Shown here piece after piece: positions 12,901-22,925 of a stretch of DNA of 64,000 nt. The DNA is from Phoronis australis (lineage: Eukaryota > Animalia > Phoronida): positions 318,134 to 382,133 of the forward strand of contig NMRA01000328.1 in NCBI GenBank assembly GCA_002633005.1. The letters are read 5' to 3'. Below the pieces are notes generated by a model. It did no database searches, was not told where the DNA came from, and worked only from the letters and a program-made list of their open reading frames with translations. The translations under genes were made by a program, and so were the position numbers. Position 1 is the stretch's first letter; every line of letters starts with the position of its first letter.

Positions 12901-15900
12901 AGCTGAGGAGCTAGAGACCTGGCTCAAAGGTTTAGCAGTGTGACCCAGTGAGACTCGAACCCATGACCTTGACCAAAGGAAACAGACACTTTTACCACAA
13001 GGTCACACTGCCTCTTCTAGCTGACATATTGATGTACCGTGTATGTTTTTTTTACACGTATCACACTGTATCGGTTGCTCATTGTAAACTTCAAAACACA
13101 AGATGCCGTATGCGCATGAGTACCTCAGTGCACAGACTGAGCTAGTGTTCTGTTGTAGGGGTGAAAGGTCAGGACTCGACCTGGAAAAAGTGTGTGAGCA
13201 AGACCGACGCCACGCTGGGATTTCCACTTGGCGCCATGTTCGTTAATGAAGCATTCCACGGAGACAGTAAAGAGAAGGTTAAGATGCACCACCTTTTGTT
13301 CTTGCCTCTTTCGCGAATTTAAAGATATTTACTCCTGTCATTCATGATAACTCCTAGAATTTACTACAGTTTTTATAAAATGCTATTAATCTGTGCATTT
13401 TGCCAAAGGAAAACAGACATGAAAATGACCTTTCAGGTGGTGTAGTTTATAGTTACCATTAAAGGCGAAGGCAACCCTTTTTCATGCCTTTTTTAGCAAA
13501 AATAAGGTTCGTTGGTTATCCCAGACATTTTTTCTAACTTAATTACAGCTTTTTGTAATTTAATTAATTATTCATTATCTACTCCGGAAGTGACGTTTTG
13601 GGAGGCAAGAATTTTGCGCCGGTTTCTTTTCACATATTCTGACTGTGAGAGCTACGGAGTCAGTCATTGTTTTATTTTGGTTGTGATAAGTTCGGTCGTC
13701 GTTTGCTTTAATTGTTTACGAGTCAGTCAACATGCACACACTGTTGCTGCATACCGGGATGTACTCATTATCATCTCACGGGCAGAGGAACAACTTCCCA
13801 CTTGCCTGAGTGTCCCGCGACACACTCCCACTGGATAGTGACCTGAGCACACAAACTGCTTACACCCCGCGTGTGACTCCCTCCCCACACACCCGGCACC
13901 TTCTAAATAGCTCTAATACTTTAGACAAGTCCACAATAAACTTTGGCTCACCGATTTGTTCATTGAATGACGAACTGTACTCTTCACTGGATCTGTATTC
14001 ACTCCCACTACTCAACATCGCAGCAGGGCTGCTTACAGGCTCAGGGCAATAATGAGTACATCTCGGTACGCAGCAACAGTGTGGCATGTTGACTGACTTG
14101 TAAACACAAGCAAACGCCAAACTTATCACAACCGAGGTAGATCGATAACTCTCATAGTCAGACTATATGAAAAGAAAGTGGTGCAAAATTCTTGCCTCCC
14201 AAAACGTCATTTCCGTAGTAGAGAACGAATAATTAATTAGTGGAAAATATGTCTGGGATAACTAACAAACCTTATTTTTGCTAAAAATGACATGAAAAAG
14301 GTTGCCTTCGCCTTTAAAAGAAAGTATGTTTATGGCTATTTTGTTATTTTCCTTTCTCTCACCTTAAACTTTGTTTTCAGTTGTTGGCATCTCATCAGTT
14401 GAAGATTATCATAGCATCTCATCAGTTGAAGATTATCATAGCATCTCATCAGTTGAAGATTGTCATAGCATCTCATCAGTTGAAGATTATCATAGCATCT
14501 CATCAGTTGAAGATTATCATAGCATATAATAGTGAAGGTTAAATTAGTAACTGCTAAAAATAAACATCAGTTTAATTATGTACGCTTTATAGGCTGAAAA
14601 AATGATAGACGAAGTTAAAGGAGCCTTCAAAAAGAACCTGCCTTACCTCAAGTGGATGGATGATCCAACTAGAAAGGCTGCCAAGGAAAAGGTGAACTTT
14701 ACAATTCAGTGACCATGCTGACATTTTCAATGGATTATATAATTTGAATTTTAGCTGCTAACTCATTGTTCTCGCTGACTGGCATGTTCAGCAAAAGAGT
14801 GCCTGTGAAGCCACATTAAATGTAAAGAATGTTTTGAAACAGTAATTTTGTTATTATTAGGTTATTTTATTTCCCTCTTATGCTGCTTAAACTGCAAAAG
14901 AATAAACTTAACATTTTGTCAGAAAAATGAACAGCTTGAAAATGATGAAATAAAGTGTTTTTAGTCTCGTTTCCTTTACCTTCAGTCTTTGAAGCAAATC
15001 AAAAACTTTAAGTAAATTCCATAACTTTTATCTGAATTATACCCAATGCTCTTGCTAAGGAAATTCCCTTTCGAAGTACAGACCTTTCTACGCTCCATTC
15101 AAAGAAGGCTGCCATTCTTAAGCTGCCATTCTGTGATTACCCGACTTGTATCCATTGAGGTGCTGAAAACATCTTGGATACCAATAGTGTTTAGCACTAG
15201 CAAAAAGGGAGATAACTCTAATCTATTCTATAAACAGGTCTAAATCTTGTTGCAACTGGTTGGTAAGTTCTCTCTTCACTAATGTTGTTTTATTTTACCA
15301 CTTGCAAAGTACGCTTGTGCAATAACTGTGTCACGTGACCGTGTAATAACTTGGAGGGTCATTGTACGGTCATGTGACACGGTTATTGCACAGGAGTTGG
15401 CGAAAGATTGTGGATAAAACTTAAATATGTTAAATAAATATGTTAAACTACGTATGTTTTTACATGCCGTTAATGTTATTAGCCTCAGTTGCTGTGCCGA
15501 TGTTTAGTCAGCAACCTCATTAATAACATGCGAGTAGTTTAACATATGTATGCTCAATGTCTTAATACACAATACTGACTTTAACCTCTCTTCGTGCTGA
15601 CCATCATTGTTTTTGCAGGTCAATGCCATTATAGATATGATTGGGTTCCCATCCTACATACAAGATCCAGTGCAACTTGATAAGAAGTATGAACAGGTAT
15701 GTTGCTCTTTGTCGGGGTCCATTGGTTCCATTTCAGCCAATTCTTAATAATACCATTTTAACATCAATGTGATTCTGGATGTTATGTGGGTAAATGCCAA
15801 TTTGTTTTGGGTCAAACTTAGTCAAGGATTTTACTGAATGTTGTGACTATGTAAACTAGCTGAAGTTGAAAATTAAAAGTTCTGCTTGAGGTTTGGTACA

Positions 15901-18900
15901 TGTGTGTGTTTCTACGTCGCTGAGATTTTTATAATGTCCTAGTATTATTTAATTTCTAATCTAAGTATGGAATATCCTTCTGAGGATATGTAAAAAGTTG
16001 CATGTTTTATTCTAAAGTATTACCAGTGTCGTCTTTGTGTCTGTTTTGTTCGAGTTCAGATAACTGTACAATCATGTTTTTGTTTGGTGATTTCTGATTA
16101 TTGTTTTCAATCATTTTAGCTCAACATTTCTGAAGACCAGTACTTTCAGAACTATGTCAATATTCTGCAGTTCATCAATGAAAAACGTGCTGAAAAGTTA
16201 TTCAAGCTACCCAACAAGACGAGGTACTTTGTATTTATGTAATACATTTGATATCCATGCATTTACATACAAAATAAAAATTTCGTTGAATTCACAGCGT
16301 CTTCCTTTTAGTTTGTGATGTCTTACCATGAAAAGCATCGAGCATCCCCATCTCAACATTTCAAGTTTTTACAATTGGATGTCACATAGAAATCTGTTGA
16401 TATCTTTGTTGTTTCAGTTGGGAAATGACTCCTCCTACGGTGAATGCTTACTACGAACCAACAAGGAATGAGATCGTCTTCCCTGCTGGAATCCTACAAG
16501 CCCCATTTTATGACAGAAGATATCCCAAGTAATGGCTTTATTGAAAAACTTTCTAGTTACAGAAGTATAACCACAGCGCTTTTGTGTCATGTGAATTGCA
16601 TTAAATCATTGAATACCAATTGAAATAGCACATGAAATGTTCAAGAATATCTCATGCAGGCAATTACTTTGGCCAAAGATTCCACATTTTCTGATGGAAA
16701 CTTTTGCCAAAATTGACATTTTCCATTTAATACCACACTGTTCAGGGCTTGGAATTTTCCGCGGAAACGTGGATTTCCGCTTTTTTCAAATGTGCTTTCC
16801 GCTTTTTTTATAATATTTCCGCGTAAAAAAATCGGATTTGATATAAAATTTCCGCGGCAAATTCCTTTCTTACCGCGGCGTTGCAGACGACGTTCACCTC
16901 GAAAAGGTTCACCTCGAAAAGGTTCACCTCGAAAAGCGGAAGTTGCTCTTTATGTTTCGGAGGAACTTAAATTGTCAACATTGCCGGGGCATCTGGGACA
17001 GCGTGGTGGGAGATTTTCAATGGCGTCTCGTGTTATTGTTAAGCGCGGCGACAAATACTACCGCTCTGCAGCCAAAAATGTGTGGGTTGGGAGTGGACGG
17101 GCGAGCTGAAAGGACGCAGATGCATGCTACTGATGGTGGTAACGTTTTTTTGTTTTTTTTTTTAGTCCTCCCGATTTTTGTGGGGAAAGGTTCACACTGA
17201 CCATTTCAAGGCTGGTTATCGGGCAAGATTTGGGCCGTAAAAGTTTCAAAGTTTCCGCGTTTTTTGTCATTGGTCATTCCAAGCCCTGACTGTTTGAAGT
17301 GAATAAAATTTTATCAAATGTTATTTGATCTCAGTTGTACAGTGCTGAATCATTTTAGTTGACAAAAACACCAACTTACAATTGATTTTCTGTCTTGATA
17401 TCTTCAGATCTCTGAACTTTGGTGCTATGGGCGTAGTGATGGGTCATGAGCTGACCCACGGCTTTGATGACCAAGGTAAGTGGGTTACTGTCCAGTTCAT
17501 TAATAGAACTTTATGAGATAAGAAGCAAGGTAGGTTCTGTCTCACTTCCCTTGAAGTTGTGCTGCTGTGGCTTAGTTATGTTGTTCATAATAGAGAAATG
17601 TTGACATCCTGGTAGATTGGAAGTATACTGTGTGCTGGTGTTGTGTGTTATAAAGTGAGGATGAATTGTTTTATTTGTGTTTGTGACAGCAGTTACAACA
17701 ACAGAGAGGTGCTGTTGTGATTAAAATAAAAATTTCTGAATACATCGGAACCTATGGCTCAAACTGAACTTTTGAAATTCGTTTTTCACTTGGTAGCATG
17801 TAAGAAAAAGATGCTCGGCAGTATTTTGTAACTCCCTTTTACATGTGGGCAAAGGCCCTACATCTTCTTAATAAACTGATTGATTGGCGGTATCTTCACC
17901 ATATTAGTATTGAGTATAGGCTTCTACCGGAACATCTTTTCTTCATTGATTTACCAAGAGCCAGTCCATTTCCATTACCAGGTCGCCAGTATGACATGTA
18001 TGGTAATCTCCATCAGTGGTGGAACAATGCCTCCATTGCCAAGTTTAAAGAGAGGACCCAGTGTCTCGTTGATCAATACTCAGCATATACTGTCGACGGT
18101 AATCATGTGAGTAGCCCCTGGTCATTTTACCACTGATTGTCCCCAGGGGGTGCTCCAGTCATGTCACCCCTGTTTGTCCCCTGGGGGTGCACCATTCATT
18201 CATCACTGATTGTCCCCTGGGGGTGCAACAGTCATGCTACCACTGATTGTCCTCTGGGGTGCACCATTCATGTCACCACTGATTGTTCCCTGGTGAGTGC
18301 ACTGGTCATGTCATCACTGACTCCCTGGTGGTGCACCGGTCATGTTGCCACTACTGGGGGTGCACCAGTCATCTCACCACTGATTGTCCCCAGGGGGTGT
18401 TCCAGTCATGTCACCACTGATTGTCCCCAGGGGGTGCACCAGTCATGTCACCACTGGTTGTCCCCAGGGGGTGCACCAGTCATGTCACCACTGATTGTCT
18501 CCAGGGGTGCACCAGTCATGTCACCACTGATTGTCTCCAGGGGTGCACCAGTCATGTCACCACTGATTGTCCACAGGGGGTGCTCCCTCAGAGAATTTTG
18601 TTTGGGATGTGGCATCAACTAAGAAAGTTTGTCTATTTAGGTATTGAATCCTGTGGAAAATTAGTTTCATTTTGTATTATCCTCTTGGTGAATTTAACTT
18701 TGTGGTATTGTCCTAAATGGATGATTAGGCTTTGGGAAGACAAGGGTAAAGTAGTAATTTAGTAACCCAATTTTCCTAGTTATCCAGGTATTGCATTGGT
18801 CAGTATGTGTAGTAGACCAGTCTTAAGCCATCATTTTTATAATGAGAATCCTCTGAGTGCTTAAAGCTGCGTGTTGATATGTTAACATAATGTTTCAGAG

Positions 18901-21900
18901 GTATGGGAAGACTATTTTGTCTATCTCTTCACTCACCACTGGTTCTACATGATACCCTGTAAGGGTTACGTTAGTTACTTGACTAGGAATGCAAGATTTA
19001 TACAATTGCAACATTTTGCTTATGTTTACACAAAGCTATATTAATTTAGATTTTTGTGTAAATAAAATATCTCCAAGACACTAATGGAAACATTTCTACA
19101 AATGGTTTCATATCATAATGCGTTATTTGTTGTCCCCAATAAGCTGGTTTTAATTCTGGCTAAAACGGAAGTATAAGAATCCTATTTTATTTTGTTAATG
19201 TAGAACATGGGCTGTTACCTTAGATTTTATCTTACAGTCTGTAATGTTACAAAATTATGCCGAGAATGGTAAATAGTCTTGTATTAAGCAAATATGGATT
19301 TGTCGTTGATTAGTTGGAGCTGTTGTTTCATTACAGGTTGACGGAGTACAAACATTGGGAGAGAACATCGCTGATAATGGTGGACTCAAGTCTGCATATC
19401 ATGTGAGTTGCCATGGTAATCAGTTTTATAGAGGGATAACCCGTGCTAATTAAGAAGTTGTTCTGTGATTGGTTTTCAAGGCAAGAAATTGTGGGTCTTG
19501 AAACTACCAATGGTATTTGGTGTGGCATTCACATGTAAAATAGCAATTAAGCTTTTGAAATGAAATAATGTCTTGTTTTAGAACGGAATGAAATACGACC
19601 ATATGTTTGTAATGACTGAATACTACTTTTTCACCAGTTATTTCAATAGGAAATACTTTCAGGCTTGATTTTTCTCATTTCTCTAGGCTTATGAACACTG
19701 GTTATCTGAACATGGTGAGGAGCTGCCCATACCTGGACTCAATATGACTCACAGGCAGCTGTTCTTTCTTGGGTTTGCACAGGTGAGAAACCATATCTTA
19801 CAGTATAATCAGCGATCATTTTACAAAAACATGGGTATGGATGAATTGACCTTCATGGCGTCTAGTTTTTGGACAAATTTGGAGGACCTGTTGGCGTCAG
19901 TGAAACAATGCGTGCTCCTAAAATTATTCCTCATAATTCTATATTAGGCCCCTCTCTGAACCTGTTAAGAGTTGTAAGGGAACATTTGGGGAAGAACTTT
20001 GGCAAGAGATTTCATTGAGAGGTTTGGCATAAACGAACTGGACGTTTTGGTAACAGCTTTTCAAAAAGCGGAATTTTTCACAAGAAAACAACCAACTATT
20101 TATATGAAATTAATTGAAATCCTTACATATTTTATTGCATGTACAGCTCATATTTTATTTGAAACAAGGTTACATATAATCACAAGGTTATGTAACACCA
20201 TGGAATTTGATTTTTGACTTTATACCAATCTCCCATTGATAGGACACTTGACTGTTTCTTTTTAGTAAAACTTAGAGAAACAACGGTATCAGTGACATGA
20301 TAAAATTTCATTTGACACAAGTGTTGAAAACTCAAAAACTGGGTACTTTTGACAAAGTTATCAATTCGTGCAACTTTTCATTTTTTGCATAAAATCAACA
20401 AGTCCTATTTTTGATTCCCCCTCATGCAAGAGTCGATGTAATTAACAACAACTGTGAAAAGTGCATTAAATGAAGTTTCATGTGAATCTAATCAGCCAGC
20501 CATTCCCAGTTGTCATGTTCACAAGTTAACCAAGTCGGGATATTTTTCCACGGTCCTATATAAACTTAAGGAGCTTGAAAACCTGCGTGCAAACACACTG
20601 ATTTTTATGAGTAATGTAGAACTCATGTGTCAGTCTGACTAAGTGTGCATGCTTCTGTTTTTCCTGTAACCATCCAGTCTCATGTTTAGGTATGGTGTTC
20701 ATCCAGTACCAAGCAGCAAGCCAAACAGCAATTAGAACTTGACTCTCACAGCCCAGGAATGTACAGGTAAAATACAGGTGTAATGTACTAGGTAATGAGC
20801 TCCAAATCTGAGACCTTCACTTTTTAGCTCAAGAAAATGCCTGATGCACAGAATTTCATTGGCAGTGGCTGCACGTGATGCATTCATCTGGCCAATGGTG
20901 GGTCAGCCTGGTTAACCAGCTACGGTAAAATTCTTCAGTTTGGTACAAAAATAATCACCAAAATTGTCCTATTTCTATTTTTCAGAGGCTCACCACATTG
21001 TTGCAAATGTTCACAATTTTACCAAATGTTGTTTGGTAATAACTACACCATACAGACTACGCTAAAAGCAAAGTCAATTTTCCCAGAAAGTTATTTTTGT
21101 TGAGAAAGTTGACAAAATGAAATTTCACTTGTCCACCATGTTGTGTCCCAAATTGAAGAATTTTAACCATAAGATATTTGATTAGTTTGTGAGCAGAGGT
21201 TGTCATTGTGAACCAATTGATTGGATGTTCAGGAAGGTCGACTTGGCAAAAGCTGTGGGGTGAATCAAGAGCTGCTAATTTGTTAAACTCAATGAAATGG
21301 AACATAAATGAAATGCTGTTTTGTTTTTAACTATAATAAAACAAAACTTAGTTGATTTTTCTTTACTTGTAACATAGTGATTGAAGTTAGCCTTTGTAAA
21401 ATTTAAATGATCTTTGACCAAAGCTGATGTCATAAATGTGTTAAGTGTCAGAAAACCTTCTTTGCAGTTCTTAACTATGCAAAGCCTTTTATGCACCCAC
21501 ATATGTGTAATGTGGTTGCATGTTGCTCTGTTTGGGGTCCATCGGTCCTGCATTGGCTGCTATATATCCTAAACCGTGTGCAGGATGGTAGTGAAATTTG
21601 GCAAGTTCTTTCTATAAACATGATAGACAGATCAGACACTACTTTGTTTCCTATTGTCAATTTTCATTTTTTTACGTCTGCCGCTGTGTCTTTGGACTTC
21701 CTTGACAGATTTTCATGAAATTTCGCAAATAGGTGTGTATTAAGAAGTCACCGTTGTGGATGGATTCGATGTATTTTGCACCACCAAGTGGTCGTTTTTA
21801 ATATTTTTAAATCCAATTTCGGCATCTCTATCTGCTAAACCACTTAAAGAATCATGATGATAATTGGTATCTGTATTTCTGCTGAGATGAACAAAGCTGA

Positions 21901-22925
21901 CCTTAATTTATGGAATGGTCCGAGAACTATGGTGCCCCCTAGTGACAATTTGTTTTGTGTCAGTAGCTGTATCTTTTGAACATCTGGAAGTATTTGTGAA
22001 ATTTGGCATTTATATTCTTATGAGTGAGCGCAAGGAAGGCAGGCTATGACTTTCATCTGGATCCGATTACGGCTATACAATCTGGTGGCAATTTTTTTTA
22101 CACTTCCTCTTTCTTTGGAGGTCTTGAAATTCTGCAAGTATGTTCCTGTTGAAGAGGCATCATCCCATTTTGAGACTGATTTGACATATTATTCTACACC
22201 ATCTATTGGCCATTTTTGTTATTTTCGAGTGTTCCTACTGAGAAGAGTAGAGCAGACTATGACCTTTGAACAGGTCTGACTGCTGTGGCACCCCCTAATG
22301 GCAATTTTTTGCCTGTGGCTCAATATCTACTAAGTTCTGTGATGGGTCTTCATGAAGTGTGGTATGTGTTTCTGTTTTTGAGATCAACTGACTTGGATTT
22401 AGGGACAGATGTGATTACTCTGAAATCCTCTTGTGACAGTTTTGGTTTCTTTGTGTTTGTTTTGATAGGTACTAACTTTTCGCTGGATGTTCATGAAATT
22501 TGGTAGTTAAGTTACAATCACAATTATGATGGCACCTGCCTCATTTCAGATGGATTTTGCCTAATGGCGTTTTTGCTATTTTTGTGTCTGTTTTTGCCTT
22601 CTGTGTTGATTTCTGCCAAACTGCTTGAAGAATCATGGTGAAAGGTATGCTCCTATTGAGGATAGCATTGCTGGCTCCCTTTGCGCCCCCTGTAGGCTAT
22701 TTTAAGTTTACTAGTAGTTATTCTTCTAGTGGGATTGTTTGAAATAATGATCATCCCTTGTATCTGTGTTGTATGCGATGTAAACAGGGGACGCATGTTA
22801 GCATTCTGTTTTGCTCTTGTTGTAGGGTTATTGGAACACTGTCTAATTCGAAAGAATTTGCTGAACAGTTCAACTGCAAACCAGGGTCACGATTGAATCC
22901 TAAAAAGAAGTGTGAGGTGTGGTGA
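778..22925 (+). CDS. M13 family zinc metallopeptidase (endothelin-converting enzyme/neprilysin-like), 5'-partial, 17 exons in window
   Basis: Exons 778-940, 3892-3963, 6198-6320, 7001-7087, 7447-7595, 12374-12477, 13159-13277, 14593-14691, 15619-15696, 16120-16223, 16418-16528, 17408-17475, 17982-18106, 19337-19402, 19687-19782, 20690-20766, 22826-22925; all GT-AG and phase-compatible (~579 aa). Motifs [18 protein letters not shown] (HExxH), [14 protein letters not shown], terminal KCEVW*. Confidence 0.95.
1168..2852. mobile_element. Non-autonomous DNA transposon, hAT-like termini, 6-bp TSD
   Basis: TIR CAAGGCTTGGAAT...ATTCCAAGCCCTG; ATTCTG duplicated at 1162-1167 and 2853-2858; left ~220 bp homologous to 16743-. 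Confidence 0.85.
2519..2708. repeat. 27-bp tandem repeat (GATGTCAGGTACTGCTTAAGATGAGTG) ~7 copies inside the transposon
   Basis: Directly visible. Confidence 0.92.
3480..3650. repeat. Dispersed repeat, second copy at ~55850-56020
   Basis: Shared AAACCATCAGTGACTCAA...AAAATTGCGAATTTGAA...CGCTTCAGTT. Confidence 0.6.
3892..3963 (+). CDS. ECE/neprilysin-like exon (LDQGGLTL...QDEE)
   Basis: AG/GT boundaries; DQxGL motif. Confidence 0.85.
4150..5075. repeat. Degenerate ~148-bp tandem repeat array (trimeric higher order); family also at ~8090-8794, 10065-10158, 11186-11520, 12187-12295, 21560-22720
   Basis: Recurring GATTTTCATGAAATTTGG, GACTACTGTG and CC(A/C/T)CCTAGTGGC blocks with 142-160 bp spacing. 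Confidence 0.8.
6198..6320 (+). CDS. ECE/neprilysin-like exon ([18 protein letters not shown]...EFEVKIAN)
   Basis: tttcag/gtaagt; LLGG...FE-x-IAN motif. Confidence 0.88.
7001..7087 (+). CDS. ECE/neprilysin-like exon ([17 protein letters not shown]...)
   Basis: tgtag/gtaagg; RRDEE-x-YHK motif. Confidence 0.9.
7447..7595 (+). CDS. ECE/neprilysin-like exon (IHWLDFFN...VVVYAPEYL...)
   Basis: cacag/gtaagt. Confidence 0.9.
9064..9425 (+). pseudogene. THAP zinc-finger N-terminus of Kolobok transposase, truncated
   Basis: [10 protein letters not shown]...HGFP...RTW...RVCGKHF...DTIPSV (C2CH THAP signature) followed by [12 protein letters not shown] fragment. Confidence 0.85.
9426..9726 (-). pseudogene. 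KolX / P2X7 cytoplasmic-tail-like Cys-rich protein remnant
   Basis: ATG 9726 (MAGLGDPY...SGDEEF), 1-nt frameshift at poly-T ~9640, then MFEPEY...[27 protein letters not shown]. Confidence 0.7.
10159..11185 (+). mobile_element. Non-autonomous DNA transposon (~1 kb), 5-bp TSD, contains tRNA-like cassette
   Basis: Imperfect TIR CAGTGGCGGATCTAGG / CCTAAATCCACCTATG; ACCTT flanks both ends; full-length inverted copy at 56473-57473. Confidence 0.85.
11521..12186 (+). mobile_element. 5'-truncated Penelope-like retroelement fragment (GIY-YIG C-terminus + pLTR with inverted copy)
   Basis: ORF ...[55 protein letters not shown]; ~60-bp inverted repeat 11555-11613 / 12127-12185; ATGGATGT duplicated at 11513-11520 and 12187-12194. 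Confidence 0.65.
12374..12477 (+). CDS. ECE/neprilysin-like exon ([11 protein letters not shown]...ILG)
   Basis: tttag/gtacat; NYMxW motif. Confidence 0.9.
12781..13014 (-). mobile_element. tRNA-derived SINE
   Basis: Head GAGGCAGTGTGACCTTGTGG...GGTTCGAGTCT (A/B boxes), AT-rich tail; homologous to 39090-39628. Confidence 0.7.
13159..13277 (+). CDS. ECE/neprilysin-like exon (WKKCVS...LGAMFV...SKEK)
   Basis: tgtag/gttaag. Confidence 0.9.
13463..14313. mobile_element. Kolobok-derived non-autonomous element with two inverted left ends
   Basis: TTAA at 13459-13462 and 14314-14317; same TIR as 8799 element; THAP start region present at both ends in opposite orientation; minus-strand fragment [20 protein letters not shown]. 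Confidence 0.85.
14388..14525. repeat. 27-bp tandem repeat (GCATCTCATCAGTTGAAGATTATCATA) x5
   Basis: Directly visible. Confidence 0.95.
14593..14691 (+). CDS. ECE/neprilysin-like exon (AEKMIDEVK...[13 protein letters not shown])
   Basis: tatag/gtgaac; WMD-x-TR-x-A-x-EK motif. Confidence 0.92.
15287..15547. repeat. Two adjacent short fold-back (MITE-like) elements
   Basis: ~35-bp arms 15316-15350 / 15358-15392; 14-bp perfect IR ATATGTTAAACTAC / GTAGTTTAACATAT at ~15439 and ~15547. Confidence 0.6.
15619..15696 (+). CDS. ECE/neprilysin-like exon ([11 protein letters not shown]...YEQ)
   Basis: tgcag/gtatgt. Confidence 0.92.
16120..16223 (+). CDS. ECE/neprilysin-like exon ([11 protein letters not shown]...PNKT)
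   Basis: tttag/gtactt. Confidence 0.88.
16418..16528 (+). CDS. ECE/neprilysin-like exon ([12 protein letters not shown]...[11 protein letters not shown])
   Basis: ttcag/gtaatg; VNAYY motif. Confidence 0.95.
16743..17288. mobile_element. Shorter copy of hAT-like non-autonomous element, 6-bp TSD
   Basis: Perfect 13-bp TIR CAGGGCTTGGAAT/ATTCCAAGCCCTG; ACTGTT at 16737-16742 and 17289-17294. Confidence 0.9.
17408..17475 (+). CDS. ECE/neprilysin-like exon with HELTH zinc-binding motif
   Basis: [22 protein letters not shown]; ttcag/gtaagt. Confidence 0.96.
17982..18106 (+). CDS. ECE/neprilysin-like exon ([14 protein letters not shown]...QCLVDQYS)
   Basis: accag/gtgagt. Confidence 0.93.
18110..18585. 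repeat. GC-rich 36-37-bp minisatellite (GTCACCACTGATTGTCCCCAGGGGGTGCACCAGTCAT), ~13 copies
   Basis: Directly visible; starts immediately after splice donor at 18107. Confidence 0.93.
19337..19402 (+). CDS. ECE/neprilysin-like exon with GENIADNGG
   Basis: tacag/gtgagt; third zinc ligand motif. Confidence 0.95.
19687..19782 (+). CDS. ECE/neprilysin-like exon (AYEHWL...QLFFLGFAQ)
   Basis: tctag/gtgaga. Confidence 0.93.
20690..20766 (+). CDS. ECE/neprilysin-like exon (VWCSS...DSHSPGMYR)
   Basis: tttag/gtaaaa. Confidence 0.92.
21560..22720. repeat. Further array of the degenerate ~148-bp repeat family
   Basis: GATTTTCATGAAATTT, TGCACCACCAAGTGG, GGTGCCCCCTAGTG, GGCACCCCCTAATGG blocks. Confidence 0.7.
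22826..22925 (+). CDS. ECE/neprilysin-like terminal exon (VIGTLSNS...KKCEVW*)
   Basis: tgtag acceptor; canonical M13 C-terminus. Confidence 0.95.

Noticed and set aside
16792-17109. Protamine/histone-like [20 protein letters not shown]
   Set aside because: Arises from a 15-bp triplication inside a MITE; not present in the sister copy at 1168
18137-18762. ([13 protein letters not shown])n ORFs / CRISPR-like periodicity
   Set aside because: Head-to-tail minisatellite with no unique spacers, no cas genes, eukaryotic intron
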